From contig CAVVSR010000004.1 of NCBI GenBank assembly GCA_963750935.1, forward strand, positions 20,829 to 84,828: a DNA stretch of 64,000 nucleotides. The letters are read 5' to 3'. The notes below the pieces were generated by a model, which saw only the letters and a list, made by a program, of their open reading frames with translations, did not search any database and had not been told where the DNA came from. A program made the translations under genes and the position numbers. The stretch is from an uncultured Acidobacteriota bacterium (GTDB lineage: Bacteria; Acidobacteriota; Vicinamibacteria; Vicinamibacterales; 2-12-FULL-66-21). Below are positions 1 through 8,394 of the stretch, in pieces. Position 1 is the first letter of the stretch, and every line of letters begins with the position of its first letter.

Positions 1-1008
1 ACCTACCACGACTTCGACGACATCGTCGGCGAGGGCGCGGCGCTTCGGCTGGCGCTGACCCGCCTCGGACAGGTGGCGCCGATGCACGCGTCGGTACTGC
101 TGCTGGGCGAGACCGGCACCGGCAAGGAGCTGTTCGCGCGGGCGATCCACGCGCGCAGCCGCCGGCGGACCCGGGCGCTGGTGCGGGTCAACTGCGCGGC
201 GCTGCCGCCGACGCTGGTCGAGAGCGAGTTGTTCGGCCACGAGAAGGGCTCGTTCACCGGGGCGGTCTCGATGCGGCAGGGACGCTTCGAGCTGGCCGAC
301 GGCGGCACGATCTTCCTCGACGAGATCGGCGATCTGCAGCCGGAGATCCAGGCCAAGCTGCTGCGCGTGCTGCAGGAAGGGGAATTCGAGCGCGTCGGCT
401 CATCGCGCACGCAGAAGGTGGACGTGCGGGTGATCGCCGCGACGCACCGCGACCTCGAGGCCGATGTGGCCAGCGGCCGGTTCCGCGCCGACCTCTACTA
501 CCGCCTGAGCGTGTTCCCGATCTACCTGCCGGCGCTCCGCGAGCGGGTCGAAGACATTCCGTCGCTGGTGTGGTTCTTCATCCAGCGCCATCAACGTGAC
601 CTCGGGCGAAAGATCACCAAGGTGCCGGTGGCGGTGATGGCGGCGCTGCAGCAGCCGGCGTGGCCGGGCAACGTCCGCGAGCTGGAAAACGTGGTCGAGC
701 GGGCCATGATCCAGTCGACCGGGGACACGCTGATGCTCGACGAGACGTTCGGACGACCGAGGCGCCCATCGGCGGCCGGCGCGGCCGGCACCGGCGACAG
801 CCTCGACTCGGTCCAGCGCGCGCACATCGAGGCCGTGCTGCTCGACTGCGGCTGGCGCATCAACGGCCGCCAGAACGCGGCCGAGCGGCTCGGCCTCCAT
901 CCCAACACCCTGCGCTTCCGGATGAAGAAGCTGGGGATCGTGTGTCCGGACCGCGCCGCGCGACGCGGCCACGCGTCGATGCGGGGCGGGGCCGAAGCCG
1001 GTGCTTGA
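1..1008 (+). CDS. Sigma-54-dependent transcriptional activator (NtrC/FhlA-type AAA+ plus HTH), 5' truncated by the window edge
   Basis: Frame is open from base 1. Walker [24 protein letters not shown] (GAFTGA variant), Walker [15 protein letters not shown], and C-terminal [23 protein letters not shown]. Confidence 0.95.
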   Translation, partial: TYHDFDDIVGEGAALRLALTRLGQVAPMHASVLLLGETGTGKELFARAIHARSRRRTRALVRVNCAALPPTLVESELFGHEKGSFTGAVSMRQGRFELADGGTIFLDEIGDLQPEIQAKLLRVLQEGEFERVGSSRTQKVDVRVIAATHRDLEADVASGRFRADLYYRLSVFPIYLPALRERVEDIPSLVWFFIQRHQRDLGRKITKVPVAVMAALQQPAWPGNVRELENVVERAMIQSTGDTLMLDETFGRPRRPSAAGAAGTGDSLDSVQRAHIEAVLLDCGWRINGRQNAAERLGLHPNTLRFRMKKLGIVCPDRAARRGHASMRGGAEAGA

Positions 1009-1050
1009 CCGGGGCGACGCGGGGCGAGTTCGCCCCGGAGGCGCCGGTCC
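1008..1050. terminator. GC-rich hairpin between convergent genes
   Basis: gaccgg...cggggcga-gt-tcgccccg...ccggtc inverted repeat directly after both stop codons. Confidence 0.45.
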
Positions 1051-1052
1051 AG

Positions 1053-1985
1053 CTATCGGGAAACGGCCGGAATGCGGTATTTGGCCATCACCACGGTGGC
1101 ATCGTCTTCCGTCCCGCGCGTGAACGCGAGATCGACCAGCGCCCGGCACTGGTCCTCGATGCGGCGAGGCTGCGACAGGAACTCCGCGATCGACTCGTCG
1201 TCCAGCGCGTTGGTCACGCCGTCCGTGCACAGCAGGACCGTGTCGTTGTCGTGCAGGCCCAGTCGGTCGACCTGCACTGACGGAAGGCCCTCGCCGGCGC
1301 CGATGGCGTCGGTGAGGATGGCGCCCAGATCGCTGGCTGGCACCACCGGCACCGGTCCGGTCGACTCGCGCAGGTGCTGCTCGACGGTGTGATCGCGGGT
1401 CAATTGCGTCAGCTCGCCGTCGCGATACAAGTAGGCGCGCGAGTGGCCGACGTGCGCGTAGAACAGTTCGTCGCCGGCGCTGAACGCCGCGGTCAGGGTC
1501 GAGCACATACCGGCGAACAGCGGGCTGGCGCGGCTGTGCCGCTGGACGGCCTCGGCGGCGCGCTGGTAGAACCACTCCGCCCGCTCCATGATCTCTTCCG
1601 CGACCCGGCCGTCCACGCGCAGGTTCCACTTCCCGAAATGCAGCGCCAGGTGCGCAATGGCGCTGATCGCGACCCGGCTGGCCAGCCCGCCCGCACCCAT
1701 GTTGCCGGCGCCGTCGGCGACCAGCATCGCATAGCCGTGTTCCTCGAACGGCCGCGGGACGTCCGCCTGCGGCAGGCTGGTCGTGATGACTTCCTGGTTC
1801 CGGCCAAGGTGCATGATCAACATGTGGTCTTCGTTGGTCGGCCGGTGCGGCGCCCCGCGCGAGTACGCGCCGAACTCGATCTGCACCAGCGAAGACAGGG
1901 GCGGCCCGCCGCTGCCGGGCAGCCCGTATGAAATGCGGCCGCGGCGCTCCGCGGCGGCCGATTGGTCGAAGGTCCACTCCGTCAT
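1053..1985 (-). CDS. PP2C/PPM-family Ser/Thr protein phosphatase
   Basis: Motifs NED, LVADG, HVG(H)SRAY, LTRDH, LLCTDG and EDDAT. Confidence 0.9.
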   Translation of the reverse strand: MTEWTFDQSAAAERRGRISYGLPGSGGPPLSSLVQIEFGAYSRGAPHRPTNEDHMLIMHLGRNQEVITTSLPQADVPRPFEEHGYAMLVADGAGNMGAGGLASRVAISAIAHLALHFGKWNLRVDGRVAEEIMERAEWFYQRAAEAVQRHSRASPLFAGMCSTLTAAFSAGDELFYAHVGHSRAYLYRDGELTQLTRDHTVEQHLRESTGPVPVVPASDLGAILTDAIGAGEGLPSVQVDRLGLHDNDTVLLCTDGVTNALDDESIAEFLSQPRRIEDQCRALVDLAFTRGTEDDATVVMAKYRIPAVSR

Positions 1986-2015
1986 CTGACGCCTGCTTTC
2001 GAATGCGTGCGAACC

Positions 2016-3359
2016 CTACGCCACCATCTGGGGTGCCTGCTTCGACTCGGTCAACCGCTTGTACTGGTGGCCAACGCGCCACGCCAGCACCAGCCAGGCC
2101 AGGACGATCACGGCGTTCACGGCCGCGAACCCGCGCGGCTGCAGCGTGACCACCGCCGTGCCGACGAACACCAGGCCGGCCGACAGCACGTCGCCCATCC
2201 TCACGAAGAACGAGTCGATGGCCTGCTTCGCGCTGAACTTCTGTTCGTAGGTGCAGGGCAGGAACAGCATGTTACGCACGGTGTTGTTCAGCGAGTAGTC
2301 GGTCGAGTTCTCGACGACCTTGGACGCCAGCACCGCCATCAGCACCGGATAGAACACGAGGATGTTGTAGGCCCCGAGCGAAATCAGCGGCAGGATCATC
2401 ACCGCCCACGGGATGTCCAGGTACTTCACCACCCGCGCCACGACGAACAGCTGCATCAACAGCCCGAGGATGTTCACCAGCGTGAAGTACTTCGAATAGA
2501 AGTCGCCGATCAGCTGCCCCTCGGTCAGACCGTTGGCCTGCCCCGAGGCCACCGCCTGCGAGGCCGTCTCCTTGACGATGCTGCCGAGGATGTATTCGCC
2601 GGTGGTGTTGACCCAGTTCAGCAACATGAGCATCAGCGCCATGTAGAGCAGGTAGCGGGTGCGAAACACCATGGTGAACGCGTTGGTGCCGGAGGGCGCG
2701 GCCGCCGCGGCCGTGGCCGCTGCCGGCCGCCGCCTCCCTGCCTCGCGGCGGTCGACCACGTTGGTGATGAACAGCTGCAGCAGCAGGACTGCGGCGCCGA
2801 CCAGCATCAGCTGGTAGACGCCGAGCGGCTCGATCAGCCGATCCGCCGTCCGGGCGCCAACCACGGCGCCGAGCGACGCCCCGAATCCCACGATCACGAA
2901 CAGGCGCAGCCCCTCCTCCTTCGAGTAGACGTCGTTGGCGAAGGACCAGAACTGCGCGACGATCATCAGGTTGAAGATGCCGATCCACATGAAATAGACG
3001 ATCGCGAGCGGCACCGCGAACTGCGCCAGCACGTAGAAGACGACCAGGCAGGCGATGAAGAACCCCGTGACCACGTTGATCAGCCGCATCCGCGCAAACC
3101 GTGAGACCATGCGCCCGTACAGCGGCACGACGAAGGCGAGCAGCACGACCTGGCCGGCCGACATGTAGGTCTTCAGCTCGGCCGACCCCTCGCCGAGGAT
3201 CAGCGCCTCGCGCACCGGCTTCAGGACGTAGTACGCCATCAGGATCAGGAACACGTCGAGCGCGAGCAGCAGCGCAGTCGGTCCCTCGCCCGGACGCACC
3301 TCCGTGAACACACCCAGAAACCGGTCCAGCGGTGAACGCGCGGACGTTGCAGCCGTCAT
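2016..3359 (-). CDS. Npt/TLC (ATP:ADP antiporter-like) nucleotide transporter family, MFS fold
   Basis: YYVLKPVREAL, FWSFANDVY...RLF, STDYSLNNTVRNMLFLP and KFSAKQAIDSFFVRMGD motifs; about 12 TM segments. Confidence 0.85.
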   Translation of the reverse strand: MTAATSARSPLDRFLGVFTEVRPGEGPTALLLALDVFLILMAYYVLKPVREALILGEGSAELKTYMSAGQVVLLAFVVPLYGRMVSRFARMRLINVVTGFFIACLVVFYVLAQFAVPLAIVYFMWIGIFNLMIVAQFWSFANDVYSKEEGLRLFVIVGFGASLGAVVGARTADRLIEPLGVYQLMLVGAAVLLLQLFITNVVDRREAGRRRPAAATAAAAAPSGTNAFTMVFRTRYLLYMALMLMLLNWVNTTGEYILGSIVKETASQAVASGQANGLTEGQLIGDFYSKYFTLVNILGLLMQLFVVARVVKYLDIPWAVMILPLISLGAYNILVFYPVLMAVLASKVVENSTDYSLNNTVRNMLFLPCTYEQKFSAKQAIDSFFVRMGDVLSAGLVFVGTAVVTLQPRGFAAVNAVIVLAWLVLAWRVGHQYKRLTESKQAPQMVA

Positions 3360-3362
3360 GTC

Positions 3363-5504
3363 CTACTCCACCCAGTGCAGCACGTTGCGGATGATCGACC
3401 AGCGCTCCGGACGCCCGGCGGGATCGCGGCCGAGGATCCAATACTGGTAGAGCGCGTCAAGCGTGCCGTCCTTCCGCTTGAGGTCGATCCAGGTGTTGAT
3501 GAAGGTCGCGAACGCCTGGTCGCGCCGCGCGATCGGAAACGCGAGCGGCACCTTGACCAGACCCGGCTCGGGCACCACGACCGAGTACGCGGGATACAGC
3601 AGCGTCCACGCCGAGCCGCGCTCGGCCGGCAGCGCCATCGCCTCGATCTGCGGCTTCAACTCGAGCGTCGCGGCGATGCCGGTCATCGGCCGCAGCGTGG
3701 CGCGTGGCAGGTGGAGCCGCAGCTGCTCGATGTAGTACGGGACGTTGGGCACGTCGATGGTGATGGCGCCGAGCGACCGGATGCCGTCCCAGGTCTCGAA
3801 CCGCGCCCGCGACGCGTCCGGGACGACGAAGGCCAGCGTCTCGTCGAGATAGGGGCTCGACAGCGTGGTGCGGCTGGCGCGATCGGTAGTCACCGCAACG
3901 CCCGACATCACGATGTCGCAGTAACCTCGGGCCAGCTCCGCGTCGAGCTGCTCGCGCTCCACCGCCACCAGGTCGAGCCGCACGCCGAGCTCGTTCGCCA
4001 GCCGGTGGGCCAGCTCGATGTCGAAGCCGACCAGCTCCTGCCGGCGGTTGAAGAACGCGAACGGCAACGCGTCCGGAAGAAAGCCAACGCGCAGGCGTCC
4101 GCGCGATCGAATCGCCTCGAGCTGGCCGGCGCCATCGGCGTCCGGCGGCATCGAGATCGCGGTGCGATGGACGTCGGCGGGATCCGCCTGTCGGGACAGG
4201 TGCATGGCCGACAGCACCTGGTCCTTGGTGTAGCGCTGATCCAGGACGCTGGCGAACAGCACCCGGGCGCCGCCGATCACCGCAACCGTGAGCACCGTGG
4301 TGACGGCGGCGTATTTGATCAGGGGCCGCCGCTGCCAGCGCAGCGACCCGGTCATCGCACAGGCGCCGAGCAGCGCCACGGTCACGGTGTGCATCGCCGC
4401 GACCAGCGTGCCGAACCGGGAGTTCACGACGCCGCTCGCGAGGAACAACTGGAAGGTATCGACCGGAATCCTGAACAGGTCGAGCAGGAACGGCACCGCC
4501 ACGTTCAGGCTGCCGAAGAAGGTGACCAGGCCGGTGAGGGCGAGACGCGGATAGTCGGAGACGCGGACGACCGCGTCGGCGAACCAGCCGGCGAACAGCA
4601 CGAAGCTGATCGACAGCAGCTTCCCGGTGTGCGGAAAGTTGAAGGACGCCGGCACGATGACGCTGGGCAGCGCCGCGGTGACCGGATCGGCCGACGCGTG
4701 CCGCTCGAGCAGCGTCCGGGCGGCCTCGGTCAGGACCGGCAGGACGATGAACAGGTCGCCGGCGACGAAGGCGGTCAGCAGCGCGTTCCTCGTGAACGCG
4801 AAGATGTCGACGACGGGAATCGGCGTGAGCGCGGCGACCAGGCCCGGCAGCACCCACAGGCTGACCAGCAGCGCGACGCCGACGTAGGCAATCAGATACA
4901 CCTGCAGCCGACCGAGCTGCTCGAGGCTGAGCGTACCGGCGGCGGTGGCGGCGATCGCGAACAGCCCGTACGGCGTCAGCCGGGCCACGAACCTGGTCGC
5001 GCGCGACAGCGCATCGTGGGCGACGGCGAGCACGTCGAGGAGCACCTGCTTGCGCTCGACGCCAATCAGCGCCGCGCCGAGCACGACCGAGAACAGCACC
5101 ACCGCGGGCACCGCGTTGTTGGCGAGCGAGTGGAACGGGTTCGAGGGGATGTAGAGATCGACGAAGTTGAACGGCGCTGGCCGCTCGACCAGGGTCGTGC
5201 TGAAGAACGCGGCGTTCTGCACGTCCGGGAACGTCAGCGGAATCAGGAACGTGAACACCAGCGCCACCAGCCACAAGCCGGCCAGCACGGCGCCGGTGCG
5301 GATCCCGAGCGTCCGTGCATCTTCGTAGCGCAGCGCGCCGAGGCTGCCGATGATCGACACCGTCACGAACGGCAGCACGGTCATCTGCAGCAGCTTGACG
5401 AAGCCGTCCGCGGCCCATTTCAGCACGGCCGCGCGCTCGCCGAGGAACAGGCCGACGAGCACGCCCGCCGCCAGGCCAGCGAGGATGCGGTTCGAGAAGG
5501 TCAT
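3363..5504 (-). CDS. Dicarboxylate/amino acid:cation symporter (DAACS) fused to a C-terminal periplasmic substrate-binding domain (SBP family 3)
   Basis: FVKLLQMTVLP, YIPSNPFHSLAN and LTPYGLFAI in the TM region; C-terminal GRLRVG..PFAF..GFDIELA..LA PBP2 signature. Confidence 0.9.
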   Translation of the reverse strand: MTFSNRILAGLAAGVLVGLFLGERAAVLKWAADGFVKLLQMTVLPFVTVSIIGSLGALRYEDARTLGIRTGAVLAGLWLVALVFTFLIPLTFPDVQNAAFFSTTLVERPAPFNFVDLYIPSNPFHSLANNAVPAVVLFSVVLGAALIGVERKQVLLDVLAVAHDALSRATRFVARLTPYGLFAIAATAAGTLSLEQLGRLQVYLIAYVGVALLVSLWVLPGLVAALTPIPVVDIFAFTRNALLTAFVAGDLFIVLPVLTEAARTLLERHASADPVTAALPSVIVPASFNFPHTGKLLSISFVLFAGWFADAVVRVSDYPRLALTGLVTFFGSLNVAVPFLLDLFRIPVDTFQLFLASGVVNSRFGTLVAAMHTVTVALLGACAMTGSLRWQRRPLIKYAAVTTVLTVAVIGGARVLFASVLDQRYTKDQVLSAMHLSRQADPADVHRTAISMPPDADGAGQLEAIRSRGRLRVGFLPDALPFAFFNRRQELVGFDIELAHRLANELGVRLDLVAVEREQLDAELARGYCDIVMSGVAVTTDRASRTTLSSPYLDETLAFVVPDASRARFETWDGIRSLGAITIDVPNVPYYIEQLRLHLPRATLRPMTGIAATLELKPQIEAMALPAERGSAWTLLYPAYSVVVPEPGLVKVPLAFPIARRDQAFATFINTWIDLKRKDGTLDALYQYWILGRDPAGRPERWSIIRNVLHWVE

Positions 5505-5621
5505 CGTGACAACGCGGCAGACCTAGCAAGAACGCCGCCGCGCCTCGCATCCGGCCAGATCGTCCCCGTGCGCATGGGGTGGACGGGCGCGAGCGTTGCC
5601 ACCGCTGGCCGTCACGCGCAG

Positions 5622-5894
5622 TCACCACATGCCGTGACGTACCCGCGACGGCGACTCGAGCTGCAGCTGGATATAGCCCGGCACCCCGGCGAGCGTCGCG
5701 CCCTGCGCCCGCACGCGCTGCAAGGCCTCCAGGCCCGCCGCGTCGACTGACAGCAGGTCGGAGAGATCCAGCACCAAGGGACCGGGCTGGGCGCAGGCCT
5801 TCAGCATCTCCGGCACCTGGGCTTCACCGAGACGGCCCGCGAGCCGGACGATCCGCCGCCCCTCCTCCTGCTCGATGCCGATCCAGCACTCCAC
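5622..5894 (-). CDS. Small STAS-domain protein
   Basis: VRLAGRL...LVLDLSDLLSVDAAGLEAL. The likely start is GTG at 5894; the longer 6458 ORF start is not credible. Confidence 0.75.
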   Translation of the reverse strand: MECWIGIEQEEGRRIVRLAGRLGEAQVPEMLKACAQPGPLVLDLSDLLSVDAAGLEALQRVRAQGATLAGVPGYIQLQLESPSRVRHGMW

Positions 5895-5907
5895 GATCGG
5901 CAACGTT

Positions 5908-5923
5908 CGCAAGAGTGACGCCG
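5908..5923 (-). promoter_or_regulatory. Putative sigma-54 (-24/-12) promoter
   Basis: Minus strand CGGCGTCACTCTTGCG is GG-N10-GC with TTGC, about 14 nt upstream of the STAS start. Confidence 0.5.
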
Positions 5924-6231
5924 TCAGCGTCACGACGACCGCGGTCGTCGCAAAGTGGCGAGGACGCGCCGGTTTCACGCACGACGGCGTTGGCGCCGCC
6001 GCCCGGTCGCTCACCTCGATCACGGCAGGCTGTGATCGAGGTTCCGAATCCTTGGCACGGCCGTAAGCCGCCCCATCGTTCACGCCCGTAATTCGCGGCG
6101 TGATCGCTGGCTCGCGGCCTCGCGGCGCGTCGCCTGACGCTGCTCCTTCGCGGGACCATCTCTTGCAGCGCACACCGCAGCGGTTGGCTGCTGCAGATTC
6201 ATGCATCGAATGTGGATTTTCGGAGGCAGGC

Positions 6232-6405
6232 ATGATCGAGTTCGGCACCTCTCGAGTGATCCTGGGCGTGATCGGCTGCAGCCTGATCGCGGGGCTCGCC
6301 TCGGCCCAGAAGCTCAAGGTGGAAACGCAGCGGATCCAGCGGATCAACGAAGCGATCACCAAGGTGTTTGAGCGCGACCCGGTGAAACTGGCCCGCAAGC
6401 GCTGA
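6232..6405 (+). pseudogene. Small exported protein, possibly an internally deleted DUF4136-like gene remnant
   Basis: GGAGG RBS, signal peptide ending ASA-QKLKVET, then directly a C-terminal-like QRINEAITKVFERDPVK. Confidence 0.4.
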
Positions 6406-6422
6406 GCGGCCCGTCCCTCCAC

Positions 6423-8010
6423 ATGCCCATCGAGCCCCGCGCGTCCGCCTCGTATCACCAGGTCGCCGCGTTGCTGCTGCTTGCCGCGGCGACGATGGCC
6501 TGCGCGAACGAGCCGTCGTCCGCACCCGCAGCCACGAGCGCGCCCGCGGCGAGTTCGGCGGCGTCACCCGCGACCGGATCAGCGGGGCCGGCGGCGTCGA
6601 CGCCTGATGCGCCGATTCCCAACACACCCTCGCCGTACGATGCGCTCCCCGAAGCGGTGCGATCGTTGATCGACCGGCCGTTCACCGGTGATCTCGACAG
6701 CATGATCGCGCGCCGGGCGATTCGCGTCGGCGTCACCTTCAACCGCACGCACTACTTCATCGACCGCGGCCAGGAGCGAGGGCTCACCTACGAGGCCCTC
6801 AAATCGTTCGAGCAGGGCCTGAACGCCGATCTCAAGACCGGCAACCTCAAGGTGCACGTGGTGATCGTGCCGATGTCGCGCGACCTGCTGTATCCGTCGC
6901 TCTCGACCGGCAAGATCGACATGGTCGCGGCGATGGTGACCGTACGGCCCGAGCTCGAGACGCTGGTGGCGTTCTCCGAGCCGACCCGCACCAATGTCAG
7001 CGAGGTCGTGGTCACCGGGCCGGGAGCCCCGGCAATCGCCACCGTCGACGATCTCTCCGGCCGGGAAGTGTTCGTCCGCAGGACCAGTTCCTACTTCGAT
7101 TCACTGACCCGGTTGAACGTCGACTTGAAGGCGCGCGGCAAGGCGCCGGTGGTGATCAACGAGGCGCCCGACGTGCTCGAAGACGACGACGTGCTCGAGA
7201 TGGTCAACGCGGGGCTGGCGCCGATCACCATCGTGGACGACTGCCTGACGGAATTCTGGCAGCAGGTGTTCACCAGCCTGAAGGTCCATCCCGACGTCGC
7301 GGTGCGCCGCGGCGGCAACCTCGCGGTGGCGTTCCGCAAGGAGAACCCGCGGCTGCGGGAGGCCGTGAACCAGTGGCTGCGGAAGCATGGCAAGGGGGAC
7401 GTGTTCCGGGCCGTGATCGAGCGCCGATATCTCCAGAACGCGACCTACGCGAAGAACGCGGCGGCCGAGGCGGAGCGCCGGAAGTTCCGGCAGGTCATCG
7501 ATCTGTTCAAGAAGTACGGCGCGCAGTACCAGGTCGACTACCTGCTGATGGCGGCCCAGGGCTACCAGGAGTCGACGCTCGACCACAGCGTCAAGAGCCC
7601 GGTCGGCGCGATCGGGGTGATGCAGGTGATGCCCCCGACCGGGAAGCAGCTGAACGTCGGCGACATCAGGCAGCTGGAGCCGAACATCCACGCCGGCGTG
7701 AAGTACGTGCGGTTCATGATGGACGAGTACTTCAAGGACGAGCCGATGGACAACGTTGAACAAGGGGCTGATGACGTTCGCGGCCTACAACGCCGGACCC
7801 GGCCGACTGCGGCAGCTGCGGCGCGAGGCGGAGAAGCGGGGGCTCAATCCCAACGTCTGGTTCGGCAACGTCGAACGCGTCGCCTCGGAGCGGATCGGGC
7901 GCGAAACCGTCACCTACGTCAGCAACATCTACAAGTACTACGTCACCTATCGCCTGCTCAGCGCGCAGCAGGACCGGCGCGATGCCGCGAAAGCCGGTAC
8001 GCGCCGCTGA
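6423..8010 (+). CDS. MltF-like lipoprotein: SBP domain plus lytic transglycosylase (SLT); frame break at about 7756
   Basis: Lipobox TMAC, FTGDLDSM..RRAIRV, QGYQES, GAIGVMQVMP. After the shift: AAYNAGP and GRETVTYVSNIYKYY. Confidence 0.9.
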
Positions 8011-8019
8011 CCGCCGGCC

Positions 8020-8262
8020 TCAGCGCGGGACTTCCCGGCCCGACGCGTCGTGATAGTGCCCGTGCTCGGACGACCAGACCCGGCCCGACCCCGAGCTGCC
8101 TCTCGCGCTCGAGATGCCGACGATGATGGCGCCGATGATCGCGCCCGCGATCAGCAGGGCGACGAGACCGGACGGAAAGCCGTCGCGCTTCGATTCACAA
8201 CAGTGCTTGAACTTCTTGCCACTGCCGCAGGGGCAGGGCTCGTTGCGGCCTGGACGGGGCAT
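8020..8262 (-). CDS. SEC-C motif membrane protein
   Basis: [19 protein letters not shown], one TM helix, C-terminal [12 protein letters not shown]. Confidence 0.85.
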   Translation of the reverse strand: MPRPGRNEPCPCGSGKKFKHCCESKRDGFPSGLVALLIAGAIIGAIIVGISSARGSSGSGRVWSSEHGHYHDASGREVPR

Positions 8263-8289
8263 AGAGACGGGATTCTACTGCAGCCTGTC

Positions 8290-8380
8290 GGGATCGGTGA
8301 TCAGTGATCGGTGATCGAAGACGGCGCTCCTGGTCCAACTTTCAACTCCGACCTGATCCCGATCGATCACCGATCCCGAC
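8290..8380. repeat. GATC(G/A)GT heptamer repeats in inverted arrangement
   Basis: gggatcggtgatcagtgatcggtgatcg ... cgatcgatcaccgatccc. Confidence 0.6.
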
Positions 8381-8394
8381 CGCGTCAGCTCCGA

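Noticed and set aside
3375-5750. Long antisense ORFs (for example 791 aa here, 880 aa at 27725-30367, 580 aa at 62087-63829)
   Set aside because: Shadow frames opposite clear genes, with no motifs; expected at this GC content.
7740-7770. Programmed frameshifting in the MltF-like gene and others
   Set aside because: No slippery heptamer or stimulatory structure, and similar breaks are spread across unrelated genes.
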